From NCBI GenBank assembly GCA_964016885.1, contig OZ024744.1, forward strand, positions 135,408,001 through 135,472,000: a DNA stretch of 64,000 nt, in the 5' to 3' direction. The position numbers and the translations under genes are program-made. The first letter of the stretch is position 1; each line of letters opens with the position of its first letter. This document shows, one piece after another, positions 22,032 to 34,410 of this stretch. Source of the stretch: Eledone cirrhosa (Eukaryota). The notes beneath the pieces were generated by a model that saw nothing but the letters and a program-made list of their open reading frames with translations, had not been told where the DNA came from and ran no database searches.

Positions 22032-25000
22032 TCATCATCATCATCATCATCACCGTTTTACGTCCGTTCTTCCACGCTAGCATGGGTTAGACGGGTTGTC
22101 CTGTTGTGGGCAGTGTCTGCTCGGCTGACCATGCCTTGCACATACAGGAACTGATTTGGCTTGATTTCTACAGCTGGATGCCCTTCCTAACACCAACCTC
22201 ATTTACAGTGAGTGCTGGGTGCTTTTTTGTGGCGCCTACACGTCCACTTTACAGTGTGGGCTGGGTGCTTTTTTGCCGTGGCACCTCCACGACCACCTTG
22301 CAGTGGAGGGTGTGGGGGCATATTGTCTATATGCTTCAGCTTGTACCCATGGGAGGTCGGGTACTCTGTATTACTGCGTGACGCCAGAGGTCACGGTCGT
22401 GTGTCATCGCCATTGAGAGGTGTAATTGGGTAAGGTCGGCTTTTATCACCTTGGGTTTCCATCGACTTCTAGTGCTCTGCACCTTTTTATGAAGCTGTCA
22501 TCCTTCATACGCATCACATGTCCATAACAACGCAACCGCCTCTCCTGCACACAGCATTTGATTCCTCTTATGCTCAGTCTCTCTCTCAATTCATTTATGC
22601 TTTGTCGTTCGCGTATATTACTATTACACATCCATCGGAGCATGCAGGCTTCGTTTCTCTCTAATCTACGTAAGTCTTCCACCTTCAGCGCCCAGGTCTC
22701 ATTACCATGCAACATCGCTGTTTGGATACACGCATCATACAGTCTGCCTTTCATTCTGAGGGAGAAGCCTTTGTGGCTACCTTTCCTACATACTGAGCAA
22801 GGTCATTTCCCTGAGGGGATCTGGGTTCTGTTTTCTCGTCTACTTACAAGGACCTTTGTCTTTGTCATATTGACTTTGAGACCCTTTCTTTCTAGTCCTT
22901 GCTTCCAAGTTTGGAATTTCTTTTCTAGTTCTAGTTCTAGTTCTAGTTCTACCATAGATTCAGCGAGAAGAATAGGTTTAAGTTAGATCCTAGTATTTTA
23001 CGAACGTAAACAAAAATACAAGATTTGTTTAGTAAGATACGTCAAAAACTTCCGTATTTTACAAGCAGGACAAAATACAAGAGATTTGTTTTGGAAAATA
23101 CAGGAGGAAATAGGTTTGGAAGGACTATGGAATAAGCGGATGTTAGAAAGCTAGAAAAATGAGTACATTACATTTTACCATGAAAGAGAATCTGCCACGA
23201 ATTGGCGAAAGTGAGTTACTTTATCTTATATATGTATATGGATAGAGAGAGAGAGAGGGGGGGGGGGGGGGGGTTGACCGCATGTTGTAGAGTGTGGTGG
23301 AGAAGATATTAGGGAGCGGGAAAATTAAGGGTTTGAAATAATAACAAATATATTTAAAATATTGTTAAGAGTTTGAAGTATCAAATATATTTAAAATATT
23401 TGTATATGAGAAGAATAGAATAGGTTTAAGTTAGATCCTAGTATTTTACGAACGTAAACAAAAATACAAGATTTGTTTAGTAAGATACGTCAAAAACTTC
23501 CGTATTTTACAAGCAGGACAAAATACAAGAGATTTGTTTTGGAAAATACAGCATACAGGAGTTCCCATGGGCATCCGGTCTTAAACTCCTCCGATATTGC
23601 CTGCAGGACTATGATGAACAGGAGGGGGGCTAAGAACAGAGCCCTGGTGGACCCCAACCTGTACGCTAAATTCCTCGCTATACTCATTGCTAATCCTAAC
23701 TTTGCTGACTGCCCACCAGATTACAGCACGTGGAACTCTGTCAAAGGCTTTCTCGAGATCGACGAATGCCAGGTAGAGCGGCTTACTTTTAGCTAGGTAC
23801 TTTTCCTGTAAATGCCTGACAAGGAAGAGGGCATCAGTGGTGCCTCTTCCTGGTACAAATCCAAATTGCATCTCGTCTAGTTTCACCCGGTCCCTAATCA
23901 ACTGTGCTATAACTCTTTCTGTTACTTTCATGACCTGGTCCATCAGCTTTATACCTCTATAGTTTCCTCTATCGAGTTCATCACCTTTACCTTTGTAGCA
24001 GTTGACAATGATGCTACTGCACCAATCTTTTGGTATGACACCTTCTAGTATTACCTGGTTAACAATACATGTGGTTATAGTGTGACCTACTGACCCAGAT
24101 GCCTTCAGCATCTCGGCAGCTATACCCGATGGACCGGTTGCCTTCCCCATCTTCATATCTTTGATTGCCTTACTTACTACGCTGCTGCTGACTTGTACTG
24201 CTGGCCCCTCTATAGGGTCTACTTGGGGTAGGGTCTCTTCTTCCCATGCATTCTCCTCATTTAGTAATCTATCATAATGCATCTTTCTTCTCAGAACTTG
24301 TGAGGGCAAGCTCACCTTTATCATTCCAGATACACTTCTCTCTGACACACTGCCTCGCAATCTTGAACACCTCCTGTTTCTGGTCCTCACGTTGCAAAAC
24401 ATGCTTGAATTTTCTAACCTCTGTTTCCCTCCTAGCTAAGTATACTTGTCGCCTAGCTTCCCTCTTGGTCTCTATGTAATGTACCCTGCTCCCCCCGTTC
24501 TTCCATTCTTTCCATGCCTGTCTCTTGGCCTTAACTGGCTCATCTACCATATTGTTCCACCACCAAGTCACTCTCCTCCTGTTTGTGGTCTTACTCCAGC
24601 CACAGACCTCATCTGTCGCCTCTAGTAAGTTAATTTTTAGGAACTCCCAGTTCTCTTCTACATTGAATGTCTCTATCTGTTCTTCTTTACTGTCGTAGGC
24701 GTTGAGTAAAATATCTTTAAATCTGTTACTGGTTGAGGGGTCTTTCAGCTTCCAGATCTTTCTTCTCCAGGTTGGCCTCTGTTTCCAGGTTCGTCTAGTT
24801 CTGACTGTGAGGTCACTGACAACTAAGCTATGTTGGGATGTACATTCCTCACTAGGGAAGGCTTTTGTGTTTACGACCGTCCATCTTTCACGTCCTCTGA
24901 TGAGGATAAAATCTAACTGACTAGAGTGCTCCCCTGATCTATAGGTGATCAGGTGGTTGTCGGGTTTTTTAAAGTTTGTGTTACATATCGACATGTCATT

Positions 25001-25910
25001 GGTGTCGCAGAATTCTAGAAGTCTGAATCCTTCCTCATTTCTTGTGCCAACCCCATGGCCTCCATGGACCCTATTGAAGCCGTCGCAGTGTTTACCTATG
25101 TGTCCGTTAAAATCTCCTGCGATTATTAAGAAGTCATTGTCATTTGTTAGAGCAGTAGTGTGCATTAGGGACTCGTAAAACCTATCCTTAAGTTCGTCTG
25201 GCAACCCCGATTGGGGTGCGTAAGCTGATATTATTGTGGTAATTGTTTTATTCAGGACTAGTCTGAGTTTAATGATTCTTGCATTTACCCTGTACACTGA
25301 GATTACTTTATCTACCCACTTGTCAGCTAGTAGTATACCTACACCACCCATCCTATTGTCATTTCCCACCCAGAAAAATTTGTAGTACCGACTTTTTCCT
25401 ACAAGGACTCTAGCAGACTCTCCTCTCCATCTAGTCTCTTGCACACAGCATACATCAATTTCCTTTCGATCTAGCATTTCTATGATTTCTCCTGCTCTTC
25501 CTTTCATTGTGCTTACATTGATGGTACCAACTCGGAGTTTTGGGCATTTGTCGACACTCGTAGGGAAGGATCTCTGGATTGGCGCTTCACATGGGTGCTT
25601 GGTAGCTCGCGGATTCATATTTCATCTATTAATTCAGAGTTGCTCAAATTTATTCTCAGCTCATCCATCCATAATGGTAGGAAAATTCAGGGCTAGAAGA
25701 ACAGTGGTGGTGGAATAATGGCAGGGTGTGTTGGGCTGGGACAGGGGAGGAGAGAGTTAGTTAGGTAGAAGTAGCAGAAGAAATGGCACGCTGAGGTTTG
25801 ATTGGTCGAATAGGCTATGGTGGTGCGAGGGGGTGGGTGGGAAGGAAATTGTGAGGTAGAGAGAGGGTCGTCGTCAAGATGGATGACTGGAACGAAGCTA
25901 AATCAACTCT
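22032..25910 (-). mobile_element. RTE-clade LINE, subfamily B, near full-length with internal deletions and one insertion
   Basis: ORF 24272..25618 is an APE (INVSTM, VQETRW, SAYAPQ, GDFNGH, LDFIL, SQH). RT pieces lie at 23581..24402 and 22446..22754. 3'UTR and (GAT)n tail at 22032; matches 55725-58680. Confidence 0.93.
22965..23550 (-). repeat. Non-coding insert with ~140-bp direct repeats inside the RTE
   Basis: 22965-23103 is repeated at ~23408-23550. The core contains (GA)n and poly-G. About 20 bp of RTE sequence is missing at the site. Confidence 0.8.
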
Positions 25911-26352
25911 AGTGATATATATAAATATATATATAAATATATATATATATATAGAGAGAGAGAGATAGATAGATAGATAGAGATATATTTCGTTATTTGC
26001 CACAAGGGTGCACAAGAAAAGGGGACAATTCAAAGACATATGGTGGTAATTTTACATAGAGTCGTGTAAAAAAGTTTTACATTATGTAGCAAAGATTTCA
26101 TAAACAAAAATTATGATGGAAGATTTTAATATAAATATGAATATTTCAAAATGGCCAGTTTTTTATATCATAAACCCAGGGTGGTTCCAGACTCAAAAAG
26201 TTCAGTCCGACCCATGCTGGAAAAGTTGACGTAAAAATGATGATGATATACTTACATTAAACAACATCTATCATTTTTGTGTCTATTTTTATAAAGCCCC
26301 TCCACCACAAAAACGTTTAGAAAATATCACATGTTTACTCTCTTCATTCTTG

Positions 26353-26598
26353 GTGGCGTTCTTGCTCATGCTTTCTTTCCGAGCAATGGTGACACTCACT
26401 CTGATGATTCAAAAGAATGGACAATCAATACAGAAAAAGGTACCAACCTAGAAACTGTTGCTGCACATGAATTTGGTCATGCCCTTGGTCTGGCCCATTC
26501 TCAAGTGTCAGAAGCTCTGATGGCCCCTTATTATCGTGGATATATTCCAAACTTCAAGCTACATGTTGATGATGTCAGAAGAATTCAAAGTTTGTATG
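26353..26598 (+). pseudogene. Matrix metalloproteinase (M10A) catalytic-domain exon, orphan and probably non-functional
   Basis: [30 protein letters not shown] (HExxHxxGxxH), Met-turn ALMAPYY, DD..RIQSLYG, then a G|GTATGC donor. The expected acceptor after the pyrimidine tract reads TG instead of AG. Confidence 0.8.
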
Positions 26599-26649
26599 GT
26601 ATGCTCCTTCAATTTTTTTTCTTTATTATTATTATTATTATTTGTACAT

Positions 26650-27059
26650 TAGTAGAGGGTCTGACGTCATGCTTTAACGCATAGAGTTACGGCTCTTTCC
26701 ATTCTGAGTTCAAATCCTGCCGAGGTTAACTTGCCTTTCATCCTTATGGGGTTGATAAAATAAAGTACCAGTAATGCACTGAGTAATTGCTGGCCTTGTG
26801 CCAAAAGTAGAAACAATTATTATTTGTACCGTCCTTCATGTTATACATTATGTCAACCCTTGTGGTTGATAAAGAAAGAAAGCATTCAGTATCGGTAGAG
26901 GCTCTGACGCTATGTTTTGCAGCAAAGAGTTACGGCCCTTTATGATTTGAGTTCAAATCCCGCCGAGATTAACTTTGTCTTTCATCCTTACGGGGTCGAT
27001 AAAATAAAGTACCAGTAATACACTGCATAATTGCTGGCCTTGTGCCAAAAGTAGAAACA
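26650..27059 (+). mobile_element. Two tandem Meta-type SINE copies (~26650-26817, ~26887-27059)
   Basis: Same B-box, central domain and GCCTTGTGCCAAAAGTAGAAACA tail as 3590-3776. Confidence 0.85.
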
Positions 27060-27061
27060 TT

Positions 27062-29305
27062 TCATCATCATCATCATCATCATCGTTTAACGTCCCTGTT
27101 CCACGCTTGCATGGGTTTGGACGGGGGTTTTCCCACTTGAGGCAAGAGTGGTTGTCTTGCTTGCATAGGACTGTCTGGCGTGTTTTCTACAGCTGGATGC
27201 CCTTCCTAACACCAACCACATTTAAAGTGTGGGACTGGGAGGTTTTTACCGTGTTGCCTACACGGTCACATTACAGCGTGGACTGTGTGTTTTTTTGTCG
27301 TGACACCTACACGATCTCATTTGTTTCGGCCTGGATGTTGTGGCACCAACATAACTTTGATGGGGTGGGGGTGGTGGGACGGGGGTGTATTTTGTTAGAG
27401 ATGCCTACTGAGTAGTAGGTTTTACTTTGTATTTAGGTAAGGCGGGTCTTCTCTGTTACTGAGTACCGCCAAAGGTCTCGGTCCAGTGACATTGTCTTGG
27501 AGAGGTGTAAGTGTGTGAGGTCGGAATTTATCAGCTCGTCCCAGGTTTTCCTGGGTCTGCCTACTCTATCTTTATTGCCCTGCACTTTGTTATACAGCTG
27601 TCGTCTTTCATGCGCATCACGTGACCATACCAACGTAGCCTTCTCTCGAGTAAACAACATCTGATCCCTCTTATTTCTAATTTTTTCCTTAGTTCGTTTA
27701 TGCTTTGCCGTTCACGTATATTACTATTACACATCCAGCGGAGCATGCAAGCTTCGTTCCTCTCTAGTCTGCGTATATCCTCTGCACACAATGCCCAGGT
27801 CTCACTGCCATGCAACATTGCTGTTCGTATGCAGGAATCATACAACCTGCCTTTCATTTTTAGGGAGAACCCTTTAGCGGCTAATAGTGGTATAAGCTCT
27901 CTGAACTTTTTCCATCCAGTTCTGACTCTAGCTACTGTACTTTCAGAGCACCCTCCCCCACTGCTGATTTTGTCACCCAGGTAACGGAAGCTGTCCACTA
28001 TTTCTATAGAGCTCTCTGCGCAGTTGAATGAGCTAGTATTTTGTGGGCACTTGCTGCTACTTATTGCACCAGAGCACCGGCCACATGTAAAATCTGTGTT
28101 CTTAGCTTACCTGTGATCCCACTACATCTTTTATGCACCCATACTTTGCATTTGGGACATAAAATGGAGTTTCTACCTACGCCTTTCCTACACACTGAGC
28201 ATGGCCATTTCCCGGAGGGGACCGGCGCCTTATTTTCTTTCCTACAAACTAGAACTTTAGTCTTAGCCAGGTTAATTTTAAGGCCTTTTGATTCTAGGCC
28301 GTGCTTCCATGTTTGGAATTTCTTCTCTAGCTTGGCCATTGATTCAGCTATGAGCGTTAGATCATCTGCGTATAGGAGTTCCCATGGGCAGCCGGTCTTG
28401 AACTCCTCTGTTATAGCCTGAAGGGCAATAATAAATAGTAGGGGGCTAAGAACAGAGCCCTGATGTACACCAACTTTTACGCTAAACTCTTCACTATATT
28501 CATTGTTAATTTTAACCTTGCTGACTGTTTCTTTATACATGGTTTGTATGGCTCTCACAAGCCATTCGTCAACACCTAGTTTTCTAAGAGCCCACCAGAT
28601 AATGGAACGGGGGACTCTGTCGAAGGCTTTCTCCAAGTCGACAAAAGTTAAGTATAGGGGTTTACTTTTAGCTAGGTACTTCTCCTGTAGTTGTCGTACA
28701 ATGAAAGGAGCGTCTGTGGTACTTCTGCCTGACACAAACCCGAACTGCATTTCATCTAGATCAATTCTCTCTCTGATTAGTTGCGCTATTACTTTTTCCG
28801 TGACCTTCATGACCTGGTCGATTAATTTAATGCCTCTATAGTTACTCCTATCTAGAGCATCTCCTTTACCCTTGTAACAGTTAATGATGATGCTGCTACG
28901 CCAGTCCTTCGGAACAACCCCATTCTGTATGACTTGGTTTACTATCCGGGTGACCATGGTGTGTCCCACCGTACTGGAGGCTTTCAGCATCTCAGCAACT
29001 ATTTCCGAAGGCCCAGCCACCTTACCCGTCTTCATATCTTTGATTGCCTTACTTATTATACTACCTTCGACTAACACTGCTGGTCCCTCTATTGGATCGA
29101 TGTGGGGGAGACTGTCTTTCTCCCATTTATTCTCCTCATTTAGTAGCCTTTCGTAGTGACACTTCCAAGCTACCTTCTTATCAGCGTCAGTGATGGCGAG
29201 TACGCCATCATCGTTAACTACACACTTCTCCCCGACAATATCACGGTTTTCCTTGACACATTGCCTAGCAACCCTGAACACCTCACGTTTTTGGTCCTCG
29301 CGTTG
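27062..29305 (-). mobile_element. RTE-clade LINE, subfamily A, 5'-truncated
   Basis: ORFs 28061..29332 and 27561..27998 carry RT motifs, followed by the 3'UTR and (GAT)n tail. Confidence 0.93.
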
Positions 29306-29519
29306 TATTATTATTATTATTATTATTATCATTCTTTGACAGGTTGTCCTGTTGTGGGGGCAGTGTCCGGTCGGCTGACCTTGTCTTGCTCATACGGGAA
29401 CTGATTCTGGCTTGATTTCTACAGCTGGATGCCCTTCCTAACATCAACCTCATTTACAATGAGTGCTGGGTGCTTTTTTGCCGTGGCACCTCCATGACCA
29501 CTTTGCAGTGGAATGATAG

Positions 29520-30315
<796 letters not shown>

Positions 30316-30332
30316 ACTGTATATATACAATA

Positions 30333-30518
30333 ATTGTTTCTACTTTAGGCACAAGGCCAGCAATCACCCAGTGCATTACTGGTACTTTATTTTATCGACC
30401 CGTAAGGATGAAAGGCAAAGTCAACCTCGGCGGGATTTGTGACTCAGATCATAAAGGGACGTAACTATGCTGGAAAGCATGGCGTCCGACCCTCTACCGA
30501 TACTGCCAATCCACCGCC
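30333..30518 (-). mobile_element. Meta-type SINE, full length
   Basis: Reverse complement of the 3590-3776 SINE. Confidence 0.9.
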
Positions 30519-30592
30519 TTATATATACTGTATATATACACTGTATATATACAATAATATTAAATAAATGGAAACTATATTTATAAAACCAT

Positions 30593-30656
30593 ATTTATTC
30601 TATTATATATATTTCAAGGGTACCAAAACTTTGGTACGCTCTCATCAGATAAAATA
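30593..30656 (-). ncRNA. Minimal type-I hammerhead ribozyme motif
   Basis: Minus strand TATTTTAT-CTGATGA-GAGC-GTACCAAA(GT)TTTGGTAC-CCTT-GAAA-TATATA-TA-ATAGAATA: 8-bp stem I and a palindromic stem III, overlapping an AATAAA. Confidence 0.75.
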
Positions 30657-30744
30657 CAAAGTTTGTTTTATAAATATTGACATAACCAGGAAGAAGATCT
30701 TAACAGTTCAAGTTGAATTACCAACAAATTAAATATCCCTTTTG

Positions 30745-30784
<40 letters not shown>

Positions 30785-30844
30785 TATATATATCATCATC
30801 ATCGTTTAACATCCATCTTCCACGCTAGCATGGGTTGAAGACCA

Positions 30845-31145
30845 ACACAATATATATGAAGAATGTTAAATTGCCAAGATAACAAAAGAATCTTACCTTA
30901 GCAAACTTAACGATCCCAAATATTTTTGGGTTTAAAAACCCTTTATCAAGGGACCAGATTTAAGTGAAATGAATTCATCTGGTCCCATACAAACAAGTCT
31001 ATCCGATCGATTTTTACGTCTCTAATAGGGTTACTCCCTTGATAAAGGGTTTTTAAACCTGAAAATATTTGGAATCGTTAAATTTGCTAAGGTAAGATTC
31101 TTTTGTTATCTTAGTAATTTAATATTCTTCATACGCATTGTTTTG
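30845..31145. repeat. Inverted-arm element (~110-bp arms), pseudo-LTR-like
   Basis: ~30845-30953 is the reverse complement of ~31035-31145 and is flanked by (TA)n. Confidence 0.8.
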
Positions 31146-31202
31146 GTTTTTGAAATTTAAATTTTATTTCCTATTAAACAATGCTTCAAACAAGCTACAA
31201 AA

Positions 31203-31265
<63 letters not shown>

Positions 31266-31624
31266 AAGGGAAAAGATTTAAAAAAATGGTTGGAAAAGCA
31301 CACCTGGAATATATATAAAAAGGATCTTTATAACATGTAGAAAGAAGTGATGTTAGCAAAGCCTGCTTTCTCTGTTTTAATTCTTCAAAACATTTGTTAT
31401 TTAGTTAAATATTTTTTTCCTTAAAGCTCCTGCATGCTGACTTTTGACCACATTGGTTTGGGTCAAACATCCTTTTTATGTATATATATATATATATATA
31501 TTGGGTGTGCTTTTCAAACCATTTTCAAAAATCTTTTTTATCATTTTCCTTATATAACATGATCTGAATAAAACGTTTTCTAATGTCCACACTTTCACTA
31601 CATCTGTATTAAATTATGTTTGGT

Positions 31625-31826
31625 TCACTTCCATACTTTAACAACACCATCATATGAAGCAGTAATAACGAGATATTGCGATGTGTAACACATGTTTACG
31701 TCATTAATTATGTCTTTATGACGGGGTGAAGGTGTTTTAGGGTATCTGCCAGGCATGTCATCAGTCGGGCCAGGTTTGGTAACGCAGGATTCTATGAGAA
31801 CTTCTGTTCCGTCAACAAGTCGGGAG
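31625..31826 (-). CDS. PIK3R4: PIK3R4/Vps15 terminal coding exon
   Basis: TTTATTTGAAG acceptor. Reads SRLVDGTEVLIE..GPTDDMPGRYPKTPSPRHKDIINDV...LVITASYDGVVKVWK*, matching the Vps15 C-terminus as I recall it (..GTEVVQE..GHHDIITDV..TASRDGIVKVWK). Phase agrees with the previous exon. Confidence 0.93.
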
Positions 31827-32287
31827 CTTCAAATAAAGAATGATTGGTTCAGATAAAATGCTTTTAAAAATTCATTAACTAAATAAAAACTGTTGTTTAT
31901 TTTTGTTTGTTTAACAAACAGAAAAGTGAAAGATACATTAATCTTTATAGTAATGGTGCTTTTGTAAGTATATCTTTATATGTAACCAAAATATAAGTAA
32001 CTATGAAGGAATAACATAAAAAGTAAGTGTGTGGTGAGTGTCTGTGTGTATGGTGGGTGTGTGATGTGTGTGTGTGTGTCCATGTGGTGAGTGTGTATGT
32101 ATGTGAGGCTTTTGTGTGTGTGTGTGAATACAGTGTATACACAGTATATATATAGTTGTGATGTCACTGGTACCAAGCTGTATCAGACATTACCTTTCCC
32201 TTGGACAATATCATATATAATATATATATATATAGTATATATATAATAAATAACAAAGAACGCTTATAGCATATGCATATCTTTACT

Positions 32288-32333
32288 TGCTAACATTGTT
32301 TCATCCGCACTATAAGTGGGACTCATCAGAGCA
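32288..32333 (-). ncRNA. Minimal type-I hammerhead ribozyme motif
   Basis: Minus strand TGCT-CTGATGA-GTCCCAC(TTATA)GTGCGGAT-GAAA-CAATG-TT-AGCA. Confidence 0.82.
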
Positions 32334-33105
32334 TAAAGGTTAATTACATACCATACAAGCAATAACAAATCCAAGACATTGAAGAATGAAAGGTAATAAT
32401 AGACGATAAAGGATATTAGGAAGTAAAAGTAAAAATAAAGATAAGAATACTAAGCAATGAAAAATAAGGGATGAAAAATAAGGGATGAAAAATAAGGGGT
32501 GCTATCAGTCACAGTTGGGCGGGGTGCTGTCAACATATAGTTACATACAAGCATACACATGGATAAGAGAACAGACAAGAGTAGACACATGGATAAGAGA
32601 ACAGACAAGAGTAGATAAGATAATGGGATTAGGTAAGAGTAGGTAAAAAATAGGTAAAAAATAGGTGAAAAAACAGACTTATAATATATATAAAAATAAG
32701 AAAATATAAAGAAATACAAAGAAATACATAACAAACTTACATATAAAATATAAAATATACAGATAATAGTGATACAGGGTAAGGAATGATGGGCCCCTGA
32801 TGTTTTCAAGAAATATATTTTTAAAAAATGGTCAAGTGATACACATAACTGTGACACTTAGTGCCTTCGTGGGCCCCTGATATATTCAAGAGATATATTC
32901 TAAAAAAATATATATCTTATCTCAATTTACTTTACTTCATTTTATTTTATTTTATTTCATTTCATGTTATCTAATTCTATTTATTTACTTACTTGACTCC
33001 ATTTATTCATTTATTTATTTATTTATTTATTTATTTAAATTTAAATTTTAATTTTAAATTTAAAATTTAAAATTTAAATTTTAATTTTATTTATTTATTT
33101 AATTT

Positions 33106-33141
<36 letters not shown>

Positions 33142-33778
33142 TTACATTTAATTACATTTAATTATACATTTAATTATATCTTACATTATATTATTTTAAT
33201 TTAGTCTATGTTATTTGATTTTAGTTTACCTTATTTTATCTTATTGTACGATTATATTATATTATGTTCTATGTATATAATTTTTAATTTTAATTTTATA
33301 TTATTTTATATTATTTTATCTCATTCCTTACCCTGTATCACTATTATCTGTATATTTTATATTTTATATGTAAGTTTGTTATGTATTTCTTTGTATTTCT
33401 TTATATTTTCTTATTTTTATATATATTATAAGTCTGTTTTTTCACCTATTTTTTACCTATTTTTTACCTACTCTTACCTAATCCCATCTATCTTATCTAC
33501 TCTTGTCTGTTCTCTTATCCATGTGTCTACTCTTGTCTGTTCTCTTATCCATGTGTATGCTTGTATGTAACTATATGTTGACAGCACCCCGCCCAACTGT
33601 GACTGATAGCACCCCTTATTTTTCATCCCTTATTTTTCATCCCTTATTTTTCATTGCTTAGTATTCTTATCTTTATTTTTACTTTTACTTCCTTAATATC
33701 CTTTATCGTCTATTATTACCTTTCATTCTTCAATGTCTTGGATTTGTTATTGCTTGTATGGTATGTAATTAACCTTTA

Positions 33779-33824
33779 TGCTCTGATGAGTCCCACTTAT
33801 AGTGCGGATGAAACAATGTTAGCA
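33779..33824 (+). ncRNA. Minimal type-I hammerhead ribozyme motif (inverted twin of 32288-32333)
   Basis: TGCTCTGATGAGTCCCACTTATAGTGCGGATGAAACAATGTTAGCA. Confidence 0.82.
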
Positions 33825-34410
33825 AGTAAAGATATGCATATGCTATAAGCGTTCTTTGTTATTTATTATATTACGGCTCTGTCCTCTGACATTGAGCTAA
33901 CCTTATACTGCCTGCTGGATAAGTGGAGTGTTATACACCCCTGATCCTTTCCCTAGTATACTATAGTATATATATATATATATATAGTATATATATATAT
34001 ATATAATATATATAGTTGTGATGTCACTAGTACAAAGCTGTATCAGACGTTACCTTTCCCTTAGACAACATTATATATAATGTGTATACATATATGTATA
34101 GTGTGTACATAATGTATATATAGTTGTGCCATACTGTATCAGCCATTGCCTTACCCTTAGACAATATCAGTGGTATGGAGAGGCAGACAGCTGGTCTAGC
34201 ACAAACAACCTTGTCTGGTCTTCTGCTCCACAGGGAAACATTCTATATGCAAATCCTGTGGACATTTCAGGCTGAAAAGAGTCTTTAGCCTTTTACTATT
34301 ATTTACAGAAGGACAAGTGAACATATCCCTGATGCTCTTTTGTTGGTTTAAAATCCCATTTCCAATGGTCCAACAAGACAGGAATGGAGTTGAACTAATG
34401 GCATCATGGC

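Larger units (their letters stand above)
32241..33955. mobile_element. Non-coding PLE-like cassette: ~550-bp inverted arms, each with a hammerhead, and an AT-rich spacer
   Basis: 32241-32789 is a near-perfect reverse complement of 33321-33871. The right arm extends ~85 bp further. Both ends abut TA-rich repeats. Confidence 0.85.
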
